Below are positions 62,711-64,000 of a stretch of 64,000 bases of DNA, one piece after another. The position numbers and the translations under genes are program-made. Location: assembly GCF_006345805.1 (NCBI RefSeq), contig NC_043011.1:19914464-19978463 (forward strand). Reading direction: 5' to 3'. Source of the DNA: Octopus sinensis. Lineage: Eukaryota. The first letter of the stretch is position 1, and every line of letters starts with the position of its first letter. The notes beneath the pieces are model-generated. The model worked only from the letters and a program-made list of their open reading frames with translations. It ran no database searches and was not told the origin of the DNA.

Positions 62711-64000
62711 TTTTTTACGACGTGATAACGAAGTAGAAGAAGGAGAAGAAAAAGAAGAAGAATAGTCTTCATATATTTTGCTGTATATTTTTACAGTACA
62801 CTTGCAATCGAAAATACATAAAGGTTGGTTTGTGAGGATAAATGGCGTATTCAAATTACCGGGATTGGTGAAAAGTTCTACGTATAAATGCTATACATTC
62901 AAATATATTTCTATAGCATTATTGCTCCTTCATATTCAGAATTCCCTGAATTATATTGTTTGTATTTAGGTTTTGCGTTTTTTTTTTCTTTACTGGAGTG
63001 ATAACCGGTTGTTAAATGCTGCGTTAACTAATGCTATTTGGCAGATTTATACAATAAGATCAACAGAGAAGTTTACAAGGAGACGATAATCTGAAGATAT
63101 TTGGCTTCACACTGAGCTGGCTATGGAAATATGTCAAATAGTACTGTTCTTTAACAGATCATTGCATCTCATTTTTGCTTAAATGAATGCAGGCTGCATG
63201 ATTAGCAGGGACACAGCAAAATCTTATGAAATGGAATTAATGGAGGAATACTGTTGTTGAAGTTGAATTATTATTGCAATTGCTGTTGTTGTTTTGTTGT
63301 TATTTTATCGAGAGAATTGCCGTACTGAACTTTTTCTGTTGCTGCCAACATAGGAACGTTGTCAGATTACTGTCCCCTTTCGCAAGATAAATATTGGAGA
63401 TAAAGTTGAAATGATATTGTTTTTCTACTCCACTGGAAGATACTGATTCCATTGGTCTGTGACTCATCCACGAGGGTAAATGTGTGTAGCCATGGCAAGT
63501 TTTTCTTGTTAAATGAGGTTGATAGTATTAAACTATTAAAATTAGATGTGAGCTTCGGGAAAGGTGTAATAATATTATATAAACCTTTGTGCAAAAGTAT
63601 CAAGTATAATGAAACGATAGCAACGATTCGAGTTAGACAGATGGTTGATCGAATGATGTTGGTACACAACTTGATAATCCAAAGTAAAACAGATACAGGT
63701 TGGTAAGGTAACAGAGAGAAGGTAGACTCGGAGTGTTAATCTTGAGACAAGCTATTCAGTCCGATTAATTCCTTTGTATTATATCTGCAAAATTTCAGCT
63801 ACAAGTTAAAATAATCCATCAGGAAATTAACATAAGCCTAAAACAAATAAAAAATATTCGTGGGGCACATTTGTATTCCTTTATCAAAGTCATGAAACCC
63901 TATTTCTAATTGCTTTTGTTGTTTTGGAGTAGCTTAAAGAAAGCTCTGAATGAGGTAAAGTTTACTTCAACTACCTAAACGTATCAGTTATATATAGCTG

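Noticed and set aside
63085-63141. CTGAAGA...GAAATATGTC hammerhead-like string
   Set aside because: Stem I does not form and stem II relies mostly on G-U pairs; at best a heavily decayed copy.
63367-63706. Overlapping 84-100 aa ORFs on both strands; likewise 756-1049, 17836-18085 and 57111-57350
   Set aside because: They have no recognisable domain or splice context, and their lengths are within chance expectation.

Overview
An AT-rich, repeat-saturated animal genomic window, most likely from an octopus; this is inferred from the SINE families and microsatellite load, not from a database search. I cannot recognise any host protein-coding exon, intact RNA gene or CRISPR array, so it is probably intronic or intergenic. 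It holds at least four tRNA-derived SINE families, decayed LINE pieces (Tx1/L1-like, HERO-like, RTE, CR1-like, R4/Dong-like), Penelope-like (PLE) remnants, several long inverted repeats or MITEs, and many microsatellites. The main finding is a young head-to-tail array of a ~545-bp unit (29233-31595, about 4.3 units) bounded by (TA)n. Each full unit carries, on the minus strand, a complete type I hammerhead ribozyme core (CUGAUGA...GAAAC...GUU) with a palindromic stem III. It is a candidate retrozyme-like or PLE-derived circular-RNA element. Other hammerhead-type motifs with different stem III palindromes lie at 17156-17205, 31787-31824 and 58724-58759. All alignments, folds and translations were done by eye, and coordinates of degenerate elements are approximate.
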